Source: Macrostomum lignano (taxonomy: Eukaryota). Taken from it: a stretch of DNA of 64,000 nucleotides. A model generated the notes under the pieces. It was not told the DNA's origin and searched no databases. It saw nothing but the letters and a program-made list of their open reading frames with translations. The stretch lies in NCBI GenBank assembly GCA_002269645.1, contig NIVC01003968.1:1-64000 (forward strand), in the 5' to 3' direction. Shown piece by piece: positions 60,885 to 64,000 of the stretch. Numbering within the stretch: the stretch's first letter is position 1; every line of letters begins with the position of its first letter. A program made the position numbers and the translations under genes.

Positions 60885-63800
60885 GTAGCGAGGGCCGCTT
60901 TGCGAGGCCACGTCCCTCTAGCAACAATTATCGCGAATTCAGGCCTCTGAATTTGTAAATAATGCGTATCGAAGTAATGCCAGACAGTATAGTAACAGCA
61001 GAACGCATGCCGAATTCAATAAATTTCACAGAAAACCAAATAAAAATTTTGCACCTCGTGTACATACGCCGCTTGCACCTAGTCATGCGTCTGCCAGCCA
61101 CAGTAGGCCGAATAATAAAGTACAAAGTACAGTAATTCCGAATGAGCATTCGAAGAAAGAATTCGAAGAAGATACGGAGAGAAAAGGACGAGAAGCAGTC
61201 GTCAATGGAATGCTAAGAAACCGAAAGGTCTACTTCCTGCTAGACACAGGAGCTGGACATAATTTCCTAAGCAAGAGTACTTGGAAAAAATGTTCAGAAG
61301 TGATGAAATTGAGTTGACTACTAGAAGAGTGACTACGTTTGACGGATCAAGTGTGCGAATTGAAGGAGAAGTCAGAACGAAAATACGATTCGGAGAGATA
61401 GAGATTGAGACAGAGTTCCTGCTGTGCAATCACGAGTGTGACGACATACTCGGGATGGAGTTCTTCATGAACTTCTGCGACAGCATCAGCCTTTCCAGAG
61501 GAATGCTTGTATTAAAAGAAGGGACCTGCATCCCAATTCAGTTTACAAAATTACCCGTACGGGTTTGCCGAATTACAGCCATAACAGCGTGACTATACCA
61601 GCGAATAGCGCTCTTCGAATTCCAATTAGAATGACTAAAGGATCAGAAGCTAACTATGGAACGCCAATGGTCATTGACACCATTGGAGGCCAAGTGACTA
61701 CGAAGAGAAATTCCTTAGAGATGATTCCTACTCTAGTGACCATGAACGATGGAACAGGAGTAGTGGAAATAATCAATCGACAGAATGACGATATCAGACT
61801 GACAAGATCTACGCTGATTGGAGTGGCCAAACCCTTGAAGCCAGGAGGCCTGGCCTACTCTATTAACAGCAAAGGTCAAGCCAGTTCAGATGATGCAATT
61901 AGGACAGTGAAGAGTGAAGAGAGTGAGTACAGCTGGATAAACGAGATCGATTTAGGAGAAGAGCTAACATCAGAACAGAAAGGACTAGTGATCGATTTGC
62001 TAAAGAAGAACAAGGAAGCATTTTCGCAGACCAACCAAGACATGGGTCTCACCCATCTTGTGACTCATGAAATATCTCTAAAAGATACCACACCGGTCAG
62101 GATTCCAACACGCAGAATTCCACCACATCTGCAAAAGCAAGTAGATGAGCAACTTGACGACATGCTTGCTAAGAACCTGATCCGACCATGCTATAGTACT
62201 TATTCAACGCCGCTAGTGATAGTTCCTAAGAAGGATGGATCCATAAGAATCGTCAGTGACTTCAGGGTCCTGAACTCGAGAGTGAACTATTACCCATATC
62301 CATTGCCGAACATACAAGAGACTTTCGCTCAGTTATCTGGAAGCAAGTACTTCAGTAGTCTAGATTTAAACTCTGGATACTGGCAGGTACCTATCAAAGA
62401 AGAGCACAAATTTATGACAGCCTTTTCCACCCTTACCAGAGGCCAGTTCGAATATCAGGTCATGGCACAGGGCTTGTCTAACGCTCCTGGTACATTCCAG
62501 AGACTCATGAATTTGGTGCTGATGGGAATACAGCACAAATTCGCGATGTCGTACATAGATGATATTGTGACATACTCAGAGAAATTCGAAGATCATCTCG
62601 GTCATCTGCAAGAAGTATTTCAAAGACTAATCTCAGCAGGACTAAAATTAAGACCAAAAAAGTGCAACTTGTTTCAGAAAGAGCTAAAGTACTTAGGGCA
62701 TATCGTAGGAAGAGAAGGGATTAGAACAGACCCAGCTAAGATCGAAGCGATACAGTCATGGCCTACGCCGAAAGAGGTCAAAGAACTGCGAAGCTTCTTG
62801 GGGTTGTGTAACTACTACTGCAGATTTGTAAAGAATTACGCAGAGGCAGCGCATCCGCTATTTCAATTAACTAAGAAAGGTATTCAAAACTTTAGGGAAA
62901 AGTGGACCAAGAAGCATGACGAGGCTTTCCAGCAGTTGAAGCAGAGAATGACATCGACCGAAGTACTCGCGTACCCAGAATTCTCAGAGAACGAAAATGT
63001 TCGAATGGTGTTAGACACCGACGCAAGCGAAGACCGAATTGGTGCTTGCCTGGGTCAAATACAATCGGACGGGGTTGAAAGACCCATTGCTTACTTCAGC
63101 AGAGCAATGAAAGAGTCTGAGAAAAGATATCCGATTACCAGAAAAGAGCTATTAGCGCTAGTAGATGGCATGAAACACTTCCGATTTTACCTAATTGGCA
63201 AAAGGTTTCTGGCTCGCACAGACCACAAGGCAATCCTATGGCTATTGCGCCAGACCGAAGCCCAAGGAATTCTCGGAAGGTGGATTGAAAGATTGAGTGA
63301 GTTTCAATACGATATTGAGCACCGCAGTGGAGCTAAACATTCCAATGCAGATGGATTGTCACGGCGACCCTCGGAATTACCAGTCGAGCAGAAAGATACT
63401 AAGATCAAAGAGAATGAGGCCGAAATTCCTAAGATGACAATAGAAACCAGCGCTGTGAAACAAGTCGTGACTAGCAGCGTGAAAGATCAGAGTTGCCAGA
63501 CCGACTTCACAGAAGAGTATGAATCAGATTCCGAAGACGAATTCGCAGATGATGAATACGAAGATGCCAGTGATCAGTTCGAAGATGATGATGACATCTA
63601 TGAAGATGCAAGAGACTATTTCGAAGAGGAAGAGACAGTGTGCAGAAGCTTCTGACAGATTACCTCTCGGTTCCATTGAAGAAAGAGCAGCTGACTTCAG
63701 CGCAGCATGCTGATCCTTCTATAAGAACCTTGATGGACTGGAAGCAGAAGAAAGTACGTGAGCCGAAGTTACCAGAAAATGCATCCGGAGAGTTGAAGAA

Positions 63801-64000
63801 GATGGTTAAGCTACGAGCAGATGAAAATCGAAGATGAAATGCTGACAGTCAGTGAAGACGGTAAACGAAAAGTAGTATTGCCAGAGAAGATTGAGAAAGA
63901 TGTATTCAAAGAGCTGCACGACAGTCCGCTAGCAGGCCACCTAGGTCGGGACAAGACGCTACAGCGAGTCCGAGACCGATTCTGGAGGCCGGGGTTAGTG
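60878..64000 (+). mobile_element. pol: Ty3/Gypsy pol (protease-RT-RNase H-integrase start), with several frameshifts, truncated by the window end
   Basis: Protease FLLDTGAG (GAC at 61243) and DDILGMEF. RT IVPKKDGSIRIVSDFR, SSLDLNSGYWQ, QGLSNAPGTFQR, YIDDI. RNase H DTDAS, KELLAL, RTDHKA. Integrase zinc finger ELHDSPLAGHLGRDKT..RVRDRFW at 63900-64000. Domain order PR-RT-RH-IN. Confidence 0.95.

Overview
Eukaryotic (animal) genomic DNA, not prokaryotic: it has spliceosomal GT-AG introns, LINEs, LTR retrotransposons and many micro/minisatellites. The style (many intronless genes, G/S/A/Q-rich exons, repeat-filled introns) resembles a free-living flatworm such as Macrostomum, but that is inference only. 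Almost all host genes are on the minus strand. In order: 5' part of an atypical protein kinase; two intronless, truncated Vav-like GEFs (CH-DH-PH-C1-SH2, no acidic loop, no complete SH3) sharing a gene-conversion-like tract; four secreted C-type lectin + PAN/apple genes (one pseudogene) with a hypervariable patch; two tandem MATE/SLC47 transporters; a vasopressin/CCAP/NPS-type GPCR whose intron is about 95% (CCAA)n; Inturned (INTU); and a MINDY4-like deubiquitinase that has lost its catalytic residues. Mobile DNA includes RNase H-bearing LINE fragments (one with a 13-bp TSD), an internally deleted RTE-type LINE, a Tc1 remnant interrupted by a Helitron-like insert, a foldback element, a MITE, an LTR+PBS remnant, a Gypsy relic, and the 5' part of a young Ty3/Gypsy element running off the right end. 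Many otherwise intact ORFs are broken by single-base deletions in homopolymers, which probably reflects long-read assembly error. There is no CRISPR array, rRNA or intact tRNA. The best leads are the pseudo-DUB/INTU pair, the lectin-PAN hypervariable cassette, the truncated Vav pair, the (CCAA)n intron and the triple primer-binding site.
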